DNA of 64,000 nucleotides from Octopus sinensis (GCF_006345805.1 NC_043002.1:12462001-12526000); one strand, 5' to 3'; counted from the first letter of the stretch, positions 1-12,888 are shown. Made by a program: numbers and translations. The notes: generated by a model not told the origin, from the letters alone.

Positions 1-221
1 AACAAAATGTTGTATCCTTAAATTCATAATATATAATAAGCTATTTATCCCTGCGTAATAATATAAAACTTGCCTTCAAACAAACATGTTGGGGTGTGTC
101 TGCATTTATATATGTTGCTTATTTTGATTATATGTGTGTCTGTGTGTGTGTGTGCGTGTAGATGTGTATGTATAATAGCCATGTGAGTATATATGTGTGT
201 TTGTGTATTTGTGTCTGTATT

Positions 222-357
222 TGACAACCGATGTTGGAGTGTTTATGTTCCTGTAACTAAGCTGTTCTGCAAAAGGTCCTGATAGAATAAGGAGCAGGCT
301 TGAGAAAGAATAACTCCTGGGGTCGATTTCAGAAGGTGGTGCTGCAGCATGGCCGCT
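222..357 (+). mobile_element. SINE family A, 3' half only (degenerate)
   Basis: GACAACCGATGTTGGAGTGTTTATG...GATAGAATAAG...GGGGTCGATT...GCAGCATGGCCGC matches the 3' half of the full copies at 21928 and 44201. Confidence 0.75.
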
Positions 358-395
358 ATATGTATACGCATACTCACACAGACACACAGACACAG

Positions 396-441
<46 letters not shown>

Positions 442-520
442 TAACATACGTATAAAATATATATATCATTATATGTATATACATATATATATTACTCAAA
501 TATATATATATATAATATAC

Positions 521-583
<63 letters not shown>

Positions 584-1874
584 ACTCAAAGAAATTTAAA
601 TTTTGTTTTGATTTTCACGTTTTATTTACAATTTTATAATAATATTATATAGGATAATATAATATAATGAAATGACAGAATATCAAATGTCCATTCTGAT
701 TGAACTAGTATTTTCATGCATTGAACTAGGCAATCTTCAGGTTCATGTAGTAGTGGTGACAGCTATGTTTTACCATCTACAACTGTACCAAGATGAGTTA
801 AACTGTGTGCCTTATGGCTCCAGAATGTTACTTTTTGCAAATTGTTTTCTGACCAATCAGTATGTGACTTTACTTAATTACTTACGTTGATTGGTGTTTG
901 GATTAGGCGTTAAATATGTGAAGAGACATGTATTTTGATCCTGGCCATACATTCCTTATACCATTCATATTACAGTATTATATCGACCCTAATTGCACTC
1001 GTCCAGAACTACTTACCTCCCTTATACAAACTTTTTACCCAGGGACTAATAGACCCGACACCGTTTGATAATCGGGGCGCATTCAAAGCCAGTGAACAGC
1101 AATGACGATACCGGTTTGACTTTGAATCTCTTTAACAATTCAAAATAATGAATTTAATTCCTCTTAATTCTACTTCAGTTCATCTAATTGTATTTATTTA
1201 GCGCTACTTTTCATAAAAAAAGCCTTTAACTGTTTTGATATTCAATGTGCATTTTCGCTCTTTTCTTTCTGACTTTCCCCATATCTTTTCCACGTGTAGT
1301 TTCTATTTTCTTTTTGAAACATATTTCTATTATATATGTTTATATATATATGTATGCATGTATGTATGTATGTATGTATGTATGTATGTATGTATGTAGA
1401 GAGAGAGGGGGGAGTGATACATTTGTGTATTTGTGTGTGTGTGGGAGATGAGAGAGAAAGAGAGAAACCAGTATATGCTTGGTACTCTTTTATATCACAT
1501 TTTACGTATGTTTCAGCACTCTTTCAAACTCCTCAGCAGAACAGCATGCATAATCCTTCAGGACCCTTTTTCGCACAGACGAGAAATACATAAGTGCGCG
1601 GTGTATTTATGAGGGACATCTAACGATTGCATTTATAGTGTGACTTCATGTATTGTCGACTACAAGAATTTATATAACTGGTAAAATCAAGCGGTGTTAG
1701 TACACAACCGGGGTCCAACTATCCCTTGGGGTTCGTATAAAATTTGGGGTGAGGTGGGGCCACAGTAGTATTTTATGGGTTCATAGAAAATGTTTACCTT
1801 GGGTGTATTTATTAAAAGAAACAGTTTGGTTTCGTTCTATTTCAACCTATTCAAGTGAATGTGTGATCAAATAA

Positions 1875-2370
1875 TATAGGTGGAAAAGAGAAAACCTATG
1901 ATGAACTATTGAAAAATCTGCAGTTACGCAATCCAGACTACAAGTTCACGTTTATATCTGTAATTATTGAGGTATTGGAATATCTAACACAATGCCTAAA
2001 TACCAATCTTGAAAAATTAGGGATCTCAAAACCAGAAAGGAGAAAGCTGATTCGAAGACTACAGATACAATCTATCACTGAAATTGTAAAAACCTAAAAT
2101 TTTCAGAAGTTTATGATTGAATTATATATGAGCATGTCTAGAAAAGCAAGCATATGCATGAGAAGACACACATAAAATAAAACATACAAATCTTCACGTA
2201 TACATAGATACATAAATACATACATACATACATACATACATACATACATACATACATACATACAAACATAACTTGTTGATATTGAAATTCCAATGAAGGA
2301 GCCTTGGATCTAAATTAGAAACCGGCCCTTTCTCTATTGGCAAAAATCTTGAAATATAAGTGAACAATGA
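1875..2370 (+). mobile_element. 3' end of an RLE-type (R2/R4/NeSL-like) non-LTR retrotransposon, ending in (CATA)n
   Basis: Translates EKEKTYDELLKNLQLRNPDYKFTFISVIIEVLEYL...LEKLG...LIRRLQIQSI, resembling the C-terminus of a restriction-like endonuclease domain; a UTR-like stretch then runs into a CATA tract. Confidence 0.6.
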
Positions 2371-2446
2371 CATACATACATACATACATACATACATACA
2401 TACATACATACACACATACATACATACATGCATGCATGCATAATAT

Positions 2447-2680
2447 CTACCTTATGTAGTTTGCCCAGGCCCTCTGAGAGGTTAATGAAGAGCTATGCGC
2501 TCTTGAAACCCAAGCTGATGCAGTCTCTGCTCCGGTATCCTGATGTCCTCCACCTACCTTTGTATTGCGTCCAACTCTTACTGTGTGTGTACAGCATCTC
2601 CAGGGTTCTTTATCCTCTGAGAGACTTATGTACTGTACCCATAGTTAGCAAGGTTGATTATGTGAGCAACTGAAGGAATG
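2447..2680 (+). mobile_element. Probable Penelope-like tail fragment with decayed hammerhead motif
   Basis: TAATGA-AGAGC-TATGC-GCTCT-TGAAAC at ~2484-2510 (degenerate core, stem II, GAAA). Confidence 0.3.
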
Positions 2681-3461
2681 TATACGAGGGCCCCTTTGAG
2701 AAACAGTGAACTGAAACACAGCTCCCTGTCTCTTTATGTATATCATAGCACAAAGATGAAAAAGAAACCGGAAGAACATTGCAGTGTTTTATGATTTTTA
2801 ATGTAATCTGAATATTTCAATAACTGCTATTCCGTATTTCACGTGTAAAAGCGCACACATACATACACACACACATACATATATGCAAATACAAATAAAA
2901 TTCAGATATACACCTTGTAGATTTATGCAAAGCACGTGCACAGTTGTTAGCCACCGGATGTCATCATATACCGTGGATTTTCCTGCTACTGTATATGCAT
3001 CAGTAATTCCATAATGTCCGCAGAGTTAACAAATTAACAAATAAACAAATAAATTAATAAGCCAGCATGTAAATAAATAAATAGCAGGAAATGGATTGAA
3101 CGCCATTCTATATATCTATCTATTTACCTATCTATCGATCTTCCTCCAGCATGGGAAGTTCTCAGTCTTATTATTAATGGTGCGAAACTGGGCTATACCA
3201 TCTGGTTGATAACCGATGAAGAATTAGGGATCTTGTGAGCCTGTCTCCCGACCGGTTGTACACTCGGTATACATTACACGTCTTTTACCTGTTGTTTCCT
3301 TTTTTTACAATAAAATTTTTCATTTATATATATATATGTATGTATGAATGTATGTATGTCTATATATATATATATATAGTTGAGTGCAGAAATTCGGGGT
3401 GAGTACTTGATAATTATAAGCACCTGTATATACCGTTTGGTGGTGTAGGTGGTGGAGTAAA

Positions 3462-3704
3462 TTCGGACCTTTATTAGACAGATTTATAACAGCATTGAGA
3501 GATTCTACATTGAGAGAAGAAAGAGATGGACGCTTCAATTCTATGCTGTTGCTGCATTATGTCGTACGCGAATGAGAGGATTTGCATCTCCAACCAAGAA
3601 TTCTTGATGTAACACATGTCCTTGTGGAAATTGTTGTGCGCGGCTGAAGAAGGCCACAGACATACGTTATGCATTGTTATAAATCTGTCTAATAAAGGCC
3701 CGAA
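3462..3704. repeat. 30-bp inverted repeat flanking a ~185-bp Penelope-like fragment
   Basis: TTCGGACCTTTATTAGACAGATTTATAACA (3462-3491) vs TGTTATAAATCTGTCTAATAAAGGCCCGAA (3675-3704), 29/30 complementary; CTGAAGAAGGCC inside. Confidence 0.7.
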
Positions 3705-3780
3705 ACATATGTACCGCTGAATCCTTGGCATCATGTTTTTATTTTGATCAATATATATATATATATATATATATATAAGT

Positions 3781-4175
3781 GCAGGAGTGGCTGTGTGGTA
3801 AGTAGCTTGCTTACCAATCACGTGGTCCAGGATTCAGTCCCACTGCGTGACACCTTGGGCAAGTATTTTCTACAATAACCTCGGGCCGACCAAAGCCTTG
3901 TGAGTGGATCTGTTAGACGGAAACTGAAAGAAACCCATCGTTGTATATATATATGTATGTGTGTGCATATATTTGTGTGTCTGTGTTTGTTCCCCTAACA
4001 TTACTTGACAACCGATGGTGGTGTGTTTACGCCCCAGTAACTTAGCTGTTCGGCAAAATAGACCGATAGAATAAGTACTAAGCTGACAAAGAATAATTCC
4101 TGGAGTCGATTTGCTCGACCAAAGGCGGTGGTCCAGCTTGGCGGCATTCAAATGACTGAAACAAGTAAAAGAGTA
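3781..4175 (+). mobile_element. SINE family A, full length (tRNA-like head, internal TA/TG linker, 3' half)
   Basis: GCAGGAGTGGCTGTGTGGTAAG A-box-like head, GATTCAGTCCC B-box-like, CCTTGGGCAAG core, tail GACTGAAACAAGTAAAAGAGT; many copies in the window. Confidence 0.9.
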
Positions 4176-4188
4176 TACATATATGTGT

Positions 4189-4235
<47 letters not shown>

Positions 4236-4424
4236 TGTGTGTGTGCGTGTGTGTGTGTGTATTTAGGATATTAGTGGAAGAAAACACAGAGTACTCTCTC
4301 GTCCGGTTGCAATCATAGGTGTATGTATGTTACATATACATACGCATCTTTGCCTACACAAACACACAGATACACAGACATACACATACATGAATATATA
4401 TGTATCATCGTCATCGTCGTCGCC

Positions 4425-4810
4425 GGATCTTCCTTCTTTTGAAGTATTTCTTTCTTCGATGAAATGCCAGGAGCTGTGGTTTTGCTTACGTGGGATCCCT
4501 AGCTGCCAGGAAGTACTCTTATCTCAAGGGTATCATGTCCGGCACATCTGAGATGCTACATGCAGTATCAGGCACAAACACTACAACACACTGCTCTCAG
4601 CATCAGCTGTTGGTGGAGCTGTGCCTCCATAGCCAGTCCATCTGGCATTACCTTTTTCCACCAGTTCAGCCCTTCATATCATAGGACTTCATCCATTTGT
4701 TTTCCCGTTGGGAACTTTCTTTTTTTCTTGCGAGTTATGCCTCTCTAGACCCTCTTAAGTCAGTTACAACAGGTTGGCTTCGTGAAGGTTTATGCCGGAG
4801 CAGTCTTGCT
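4425..4810 (-). mobile_element. Possible decayed RTE-like LINE 3' fragment
   Basis: Non-repetitive composition; the minus strand gives RKKRKFPTGKQMDEVL-like text resembling RTE C-termini; heavily decayed. Confidence 0.25.
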
Positions 4811-4958
4811 ATTCAATCAGAATATCGGTTCTTTCCGTGAGCATGAATTGTCGACCACGTTTGTGAGCATCTGATAAAAGTTGATATGTCGTTCGGCACT
4901 GAGTGATGGGTACTTACCTCCACACGGCCTATATATACGTTTGTGTGGTACATATATA

Positions 4959-4989
<31 letters not shown>

Positions 4990-5065
4990 CATACATACAT
5001 ACATACATACATACATACATACATACATACATACATACAAACACACACACAAACACACAGATATA

Positions 5066-5343
5066 TTCTTTTATTTCATTCTTTTATTTGTTTCAGCCAT
5101 CTGATTGCGGCTATGCTAGAGCACCGCCTTTCGTCGAGCCAGTCGACACCAGGACGATTCTTTGTAAGTCTATTACTTATTGTATCATTTTCTTTTATCG
5201 AACTGCTAAGTTACGGGGACGTAAACACACCAGTACTGATTGTCAAGCAATGTTGGGGGGACAAACACAGACACTCAAACACACACACACGCACACATGC
5301 ACGAACACACGCATGCACACACACGCACGCACACACACACACA

Positions 5344-5374
<31 letters not shown>

Positions 5375-5488
5375 CACAAAGAAACATATATATACGTAAA
5401 TATATACAACGGGCTTCTTTCAGTTTCCGCCTACCAAATCCACTCACAAGGCTTTGGTCGGCCTGAGGTTATATTAGAAGACCCTGCC
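5066..5488 (-). mobile_element. SINE family A, 5'-truncated, expanded CA linker
   Basis: Reverse complement of the family A 3' half and middle (GGGCTTCTTTCAGTTTCCG...CAAATCCACTCACAAGGCTTTGGTCGGCC). Confidence 0.85.
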
Positions 5489-5506
5489 TGTATACATACA
5501 TACATA

Positions 5507-5551
<45 letters not shown>

Positions 5552-5637
5552 CACACTCTTAGAACTGTCTTCCACCTCAGAGCACCATTCTCTTCATATT
5601 TTTGCCTTACACCTCAACATCCCACTTTATCATTCCC

Positions 5638-5796
5638 ACAAATCCACTCACAAGGCTTTCATCGGCCCAAGGCTATAGTGGAAGACACTTGCTCAAGGTG
5701 CAATAAATTAAGTACCAGGTGCATACAATGAGATCGATCCAATCAACTGTCCCCTTCCCCAGAATTTCGGGCCTTGTGCTTACAGTAGAAAAGAAT
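5638..5796. mobile_element. Fused SINE fragments: family A middle (-) joined to family B tail (+)
   Basis: CAAATCCACTCACAAGGC...GAAGACACTTGCTCAAGGTGC then TAAATTAAGTACCAG...AATTTCGGGCCTTGTGC. Confidence 0.7.
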
Positions 5797-6523
5797 GTGT
5801 CCTGATGTTCCATAACCTACACCCTAATGGCGATATATTTCATCGTTGTTGTGAATTGTAGAGAATTTTTGCAGGGTATTCATTCGTGATGGCTTGCTTC
5901 TGAATCACAAATGCTGTTGTTCCTGTTTGTTCTTTTCAGAATAAAATTCTTCATCAAAGCCAAAATGTATTTATCGTTTCTCTTTTTACTTGCATCCCTC
6001 CCTGGACTGTAGTCAAACTGGGACACTTGCTTCAAGTGTACAGTCCTTTTTTGTTAAGACTGGTACATAAACGAAACAACACCCGTTGCCGAGTGGTAGT
6101 GGGAGAAGAAACATAAAAACGCAAAAATTCACACATAGATACATACGTACACACACATACACACACACACACACACACATACACACACACACACATACAC
6201 ACACACACACACACATTGTTGTATTTCCAACAAGTCGAACAAGAGCACACACGAGGACGGAAAATTTCACTGAAGAGGTCACAGATCTGTGACGAAAGCT
6301 TTCCAGACAATGGTCATGAGTTAGAATAAGAAAAGTAATAAACGAGTGAAGAACAAATAAATAGTGCGAGTGTTTATTTGGCAAAAATAAAATAAAAATG
6401 ACCATCCCGAAGTACAACAAAATCTGTTTCAACACACGGTATCGTATCAGGAATCTTGCAACACAAATTCACAAACGTATACACACACACACACACACAT
6501 ACAAACACACACACATATATATG

Positions 6524-6608
<85 letters not shown>

Positions 6609-6641
6609 TGTATGTATATCTATTTTTGTTTTTGTATGTGT

Positions 6642-6768
6642 ATCTTTCTGTAGAAGAGCGTAGGCTCGAAACGTAAAAGACTTTTTCTATTCCTGAGCGT
6701 TATACTAATACATTTGTTTGTTTGTACACCACCTGCTTTCGTCTTTTGTTTATTTTCGTAAACTTTCC

Positions 6769-6770
<2 letters not shown>
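6642..6770 (+). mobile_element. Penelope-like tail family P1 with minimal hammerhead-like motif
   Basis: TCTTT-CTGTAGA-A-GAGC-GTAG-GCTC-GAAA-CG-TA-AAAGA; the same family recurs at 14097(-), 34725 and 51765; abuts (TA)n. Confidence 0.65.
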
Positions 6771-6817
<47 letters not shown>

Positions 6818-6993
6818 CATACGTCAGACTTCATTCAGTTTTCATATACCAATTCGGAAGAAATAACACTAAGCATTTTATCTGGCGAGGGTAACGCTGC
6901 TTGCCGCTCGCTGTCTTATACAACGTAACGAACGTCATCATCTCCCTAGCCATCGCCCTCGTCGTTCTCATCGACAACAGAAACATCACCACC

Positions 6994-7025
<32 letters not shown>

Positions 7026-8274
7026 CACCACCACCACCATCAACATCATCATACTTAACAATGCTATATTGAAGAACAGGGCTGGGTAAAACATCTTCCC
7101 TATTCTCTATGGTTATTTGTTTGACGTCACTAAAGTTTAGCTGGTTAAAATGGTATCTTTATGCATCTAATGCTTTTTTCTTCAGTTAAAATTATGGTTT
7201 AGTTTGTTGCACACCATGCCTTTGTTGTTGACGCGTTTTTTGTTACACTTCGAGCCTCCACCCCATCTTTCAGAAATCACACATATTTGGAATGTTCGGC
7301 ATATTTTAATATTGATATCGTTTTACAATAAATAAAATGATATATAAATAATATTTTATTAAAAGCACATAGACCAGTGGTAAAGTGGGTGCCACTTACT
7401 ATCGCAAGATCGGACTCACAAGATCGTATTTAAGGAGTGGGTTGTGCGTTATGATCATGAGAAAAACATCTCCTTTGACATTGGTCCACTCCAGTCAACA
7501 GTAAATGAATAACTTCTTAAATAGCTATCACCCCGCCCAGGGGTAGTAGTGTGATCTTTGTCATATATACGGTATAGAAGCAGGATAAATGACCCACTGA
7601 TTTCTTGAACTCAAAGCAGTTATTCTTAGCGATTGCTGTTGTTGCTTGTGATGATGATGATGATGACAATGACGATGACGACGACGACGATGATGATGAC
7701 GATGGTGATGATGATGATGATGACATATTTTAATAGCGTCTTAGCTGCAGCATAAATAGTATTTTGCTCGCGTATGTGTATATTTCTGCGTTCAAATTAC
7801 AAAGGCGTCGAGCACAGAGTTAATGTTTACGTGGAACCACAAAAAAAAAAAAAAAATAATATAAAGAAAGAAAAAAGTCATTAAGAGGAAGATGTGTGTT
7901 CAATCAACTGTACATACGCGCCGAAAAATTTCCAGCGAACATCCGACCATATTGTTGAGGAAACATGATAATTATGTAAGAATTTCAGAAGAAATCAAAA
8001 GTGAAAGACACACTCAAACACACGCAAACATGCACACACATACATACGTATATGCGTACATACTAACATAACAGGTGCACATACAGACACACTCACACAG
8101 ATATATTAACTTAGACATATGTTTATGTTTTTGCGTATATGTATATATTGATATTATATATATATGTATATATATATACATGGATAGATGTATTTGTGAG
8201 TGTGTGTGTGCGTGTCTGTGTGTCTATGCTTATGTGTATATGCAGAAAGTATATATAAGTATATACACGCACAT

Positions 8275-8313
<39 letters not shown>

Positions 8314-8835
8314 TCCATCTATCCATCCATCAGAACATACATACTACATACTTATCCACACATATACATTATAAACACACGTATATACACACATGAATTC
8401 ATACATACATATATACATACATATATACATACATACGTGCATACGTACATCCATATATACATGCATAACTGCGTACGTATGATCAAGTTATATAAACAAA
8501 TTGATCGGATCCTGCGTAAGTTTGGAATTATAGACAATAAAATGAAACAATATTTAAAAGATCAAATAAAACGCACTTCCGTCTATAATGCCTACACACA
8601 TCTGTCACTGTTGTTTCTCTTTGTGTATATGTATTTACGCAGGATTTCAATCTAAGTGTGGATGTTGTTGTTGTTGTTGTTGTTTGTGTTTGATGGAGTT
8701 TTTCACATGTTCTTCCAGATGTGCGTAAATATATGTACATATGTACGTATGGACATACACATGCATAGATGCAATTACATACATGCATACATACATATAT
8801 ACATACATATATATATATACACATATATATACCTC

Positions 8836-8868
<33 letters not shown>

Positions 8869-10002
8869 CATTTATACATACATATACATATATATGTATA
8901 TATAGATACACAGTCGCGCGAGCATGTTTGTGTATATACAGGCATGTTTCCATGTAACATAGGGGAGTGAGCTTAATATACATTCTGATTATTTCATATA
9001 TATATATATATATGTTATGTATGTGAGCATGTGTGTATTTGTGCTGTGTGTATGCATTTGGATGTGTGTATTTGTGATTGTATATGTGTGTGTGAATATC
9101 TACATATAGCCATCCATATTTACATATATATATATATATATATATATACATACATATATATATACATGTGTATATGATTTATATGCATATATATACTTAC
9201 ATATACAGCTATGTATATATGTGTGTGTTTGTGTGTCCATGTGTGCATGTTTGTGTGTTTGTACGTATAAATATAGTGTATAAAGCATACACGTATTAAT
9301 AGATATATATGTGTGTGTGTGTGTGAGTACATGTGACTGTATGAATGTATTTGTATGTACATATGAATATATGTTTGTGTGTAGGTACATACATCAATGA
9401 GGATGTATCTCACATGCTGGATTCATTCGAATGAATTGCGTTCCGTTGGGCAAAAATTCACAAACACATACGTGCAGATACCCACGCACGTATACACATA
9501 CATACACAAAAAAGATAAATGAAAACAATACAAAACATACACAAAAGGAGTCAAATAAAACAAGATAGAAATAAAGACGACAACAACACGAACAAGAAGA
9601 AGAAGAAGAACGACAACATCGACAACAACATCAATAATAATAACGACAGGATTTGTAAGTCGGGGAAACAAAACAATGAAGAAAGCGAACATTGCTTATC
9701 ACACCCAATATGAGAGAATGATTCGTTTAATGAAAGCAATTTTCTAAAATCAATTAATTCTGTCTTTGAAAATATCTTCCAAATTCATTCATTCTGCTAT
9801 TTAGAATGTCTTTTACTAAGGCAAGCTGCCATTTCTTTTCACCATCATAATTCTTTCACCAGCAACAGAAGGAAATTAACTCATTGCAAAACTGTAAAGA
9901 AGAAATACGTACAACAGAAGAGGAAAAGTGAGGAAAACAAAACAAACAAAAAAATAAATAAATAAATAGGAAAAAAACAAAAAAATAAACAAACAAAAAA
10001 TA

Positions 10003-10102
10003 NNNNNNNNNNNNNNNNNNNNNNNNNNNNNNNNNNNNNNNNNNNNNNNNNNNNNNNNNNNNNNNNNNNNNNNNNNNNNNNNNNNNNNNNNNNNNNNNNN
10101 NN
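10003..10102. other. Assembly gap (100 N)
   Basis: Run of exactly 100 N. Confidence 1.
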
Positions 10103-10293
10103 AAGGAAAGAGAAAGGTCGATACCGCTTGGCACCAGTGACGTCGCAACTCATTTCTACAGCTGAGTGAACTGGAGCAACGTGAAATAAAGTGCCTTGCT
10201 CAAGAACACAACACCCAGTCCGGTCCGGGATTCGAGCTCACAACCTCACGATCGTAAGCTGGACGCTCTAACCACTGAGCCATGTGCCTTCAC
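10103..10293 (-). mobile_element. tRNA-derived SINE family C (head and core), cut by the gap
   Basis: Minus strand GTGAAGGCACATGGCTCAGTGGTTAGAGCG (A box)...GCTCGAATCCC (B box)...TTGAGCAAGGCACTTTATTTCACGTTGCTCCAG. Confidence 0.85.
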
Positions 10294-10308
10294 TAGAATA
10301 ATATATAT

Positions 10309-10386
<78 letters not shown>

Positions 10387-10430
10387 TATATTAATTATAT
10401 AATAATATATATATATATATATATATATAT

Positions 10431-10520
<90 letters not shown>

Positions 10521-10539
10521 CATATATATACATTATATA

Positions 10540-10590
<51 letters not shown>

Positions 10591-10646
10591 CTCTATATAT
10601 ATATAATATAATATTTAACAGATATATATATATATATATAATATAC

Positions 10647-10726
<80 letters not shown>

Positions 10727-10733
10727 TATATAT

Positions 10734-10815
<82 letters not shown>

Positions 10816-10817
<2 letters not shown>

Positions 10818-11435
10818 GTGGATAACTCTCTAATAATTTATGTATAAATTTGTATTTTCTCCGTAGTTTTTTGTGCTAAGCCACTTGGTGTTAAATTGAC
10901 GTAAATTATTAAGTAATATCGATTTTTCACCCTCATTATAATTTTAAAATTAACCATGCGGCAGTTAATATTTTATGATGCGGCATACGTTTCCAATGGA
11001 GTCTAGCATGCTTTGGCGCGGAATTTGAGACATAACTAAAAATGTAATTGGTTGGACCGCTCGTGTTTTTGACGCCCGAATCGATCTAATTAATTGCCAT
11101 TTCTGACAAAACTCTACCGAAGATTTATGGATGCAAGTGTAAGTAAAACTCATATTGCATTATTAATGAAACAATTGTATAGAGTCAATCTATTTTATTC
11201 GTTGTATTTCACTTTCCTTCAGTTAAATGTGTGTTGATTCTAGTTGGAAAACGGATCTCTGTGTTGCTTCGGAGCTATTTTTAGCACTAGAGTTATCCAC
11301 TAGTGGATAACTCTCTAATAATTTATGTATATAAAATTTGTATTTTCTCCGTAGTTTTTTGTGCTAAGCCACTTGGTGTTAAATTGACGGTATTATTAAA
11401 TTAATATCGATTTTTCACCCTCATTTATAATTTTA
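10816..11435. repeat. ~130-bp direct repeats flanking a ~350-bp interior, 26-bp palindrome at the second junction, embedded in (TA)n
   Basis: TAGTGGATAACTCTCTAATAA...CACCCTCATT at 10816 and 11301; AGAGTTATCCACTAGTGGATAACTCT (11289-11314) is a perfect palindrome. Confidence 0.8.
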
Positions 11436-11454
11436 TATATATATATATATAAAT

Positions 11455-11507
<53 letters not shown>

Positions 11508-11519
11508 TGTGTATGTGTC

Positions 11520-11715
11520 TCTTTTTGTTGGTCTTCTACCACCTGACATTCGGTGTTGATGTGTTTATGTCCCCGTACTTGGAGGTTAGCTAAAAGAACT
11601 AAACAGTAAGTACCAGGGTGAAGAAAAAAAAGAGTTACAGGACTCGAATCATTCGATTAAAAACTCTTGAAGGCAGTACCTCAGCATGACCGCAGTCGAC
11701 TGAAACAATAGGAAT
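11520..11715 (+). mobile_element. SINE family A 3' half, old copy
   Basis: GGTGTTGATGTGTTTATGTCCCCGT...AAGTACCAGG...CAGCATGACCGCAGTCGACTGAAAC. Confidence 0.65.
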
Positions 11716-11759
11716 ATAATCGATAAAAGATGCATGTGTATTTCTAATATAACTGACAC

Positions 11760-12050
11760 TGGCCCACGTCGGTTACGACGACGTGGGTTCCAGTTGATCC
11801 GATCAACGAAACAACCTGCTCGTGAAATTAAAGCGCAAGTGGTTGAGTACTCCACAGACACGTGTACCCTTGACGTAGTTGTCGATGAGATTTAGCGTGA
11901 CACAGAATGTGACAAAGCTGGCCGTTTGAATTACAGGTACAACTCATTTTTGCCTGTGAATGAACTGGAACAATATGAAATAAAGTGTCTTGCTCAAGGA
12001 CACAATGATCGAGAGCCGGTTACCTTAACTACTAAGCCACGCACCTCCAC
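11760..12050 (-). mobile_element. tRNA-derived SINE, C-type core with a distinct 3' tail
   Basis: Minus head GTGGAGGTGCGTGGCTTAGTAGTTAAGG, core TGTCCTTGAGCAAGACACTTTATTTCA shared with 10103 and 51345. Confidence 0.75.
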
Positions 12051-12720
12051 GTTTCTAACTTAGCTCTTCAAATTTGAAGGGAATTAATTAGTGGATTAAA
12101 TCGACCTTGATGTTTGATAGGTAGTATACTTTATCGACCCCCGAAGAGTTAAAAGGCAAAGTTGGCATCATTGTAGCGGAACTCGGAGTGAAAAGAAACA
12201 TAAATAAATTCTTTAAGGAATTTGTCCGACCTGCTTACCATTCTGCGAATTTACAGTCCTGAATTAGAGAGGATTAGAGAGAACCTTATCAGGACGTTAC
12301 GATTGTCTGATCTTTCAGGCAATTACTAATCAAATAGACGAAAAATGTATGAATCTCATTGGCGACAGCCTTTGACGGTAGATTTACGTAAGAGACATGT
12401 TCCGTACCTGAAAACTTTGATGATGTTGGAAGTATTAAATCTATTTTCACCGGAGACTTTCAGGACTAAGATGTCTGTGAAGAGAGCATAACTGCGGGAA
12501 CGAAATTTGCTTAGGGGGGCTCCAACCAAGATGTTCAAAGCGTTTTTGTTGTACCCCAACGACCAGTTTTAGTGGGGTAGCTTGCAACCCCTGCACCCTC
12601 TCTTCCCGAGCTAATGGAAGAGAGAAGTTGAAAGGCATAGTCGTGTGTTTAAGATGCTCGCTTTACAACCACGTGGTTATAGTAAAAGACCCTTGCTCAA
12701 GTGCTGAGCAGTGGAATTGA

Positions 12721-12888
12721 TACAGTTCTATATTTAAGAGATGAGGAATTAAGTACATTATTTACATTTGACGGGTATTTGTCCTCATCTTGTCTGTTGT
12801 TAACACAACGTTTCAGCTGATATACCTTCCAGCCTTCATCAGGTGTCTTGGGAAAATTTCGAACCTGGGTTCTCATTTCTAAGATATT
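12721..12888 (-). mobile_element. Penelope-like tail family P2 with minimal hammerhead (12802-12847), nested in a SINE A remnant
   Basis: Minus: GACAC-CTGATGA-A-GGCTG-GAAGGTATAT-CAGCT-GAAA-CG-TT-GTGTT; second copy at 52180-52320. Confidence 0.75.

Noticed and set aside
45-9413. Many ORFs rich in YI/HT/CV/MY dipeptides (here and throughout the window)
   Set aside because: Translations of (TA)n, (CA)n and (TATG)n microsatellites with no coding signal
12300-12640. Possible LINE ORF1/5' fragment on the minus strand
   Set aside because: No motif I can name with confidence
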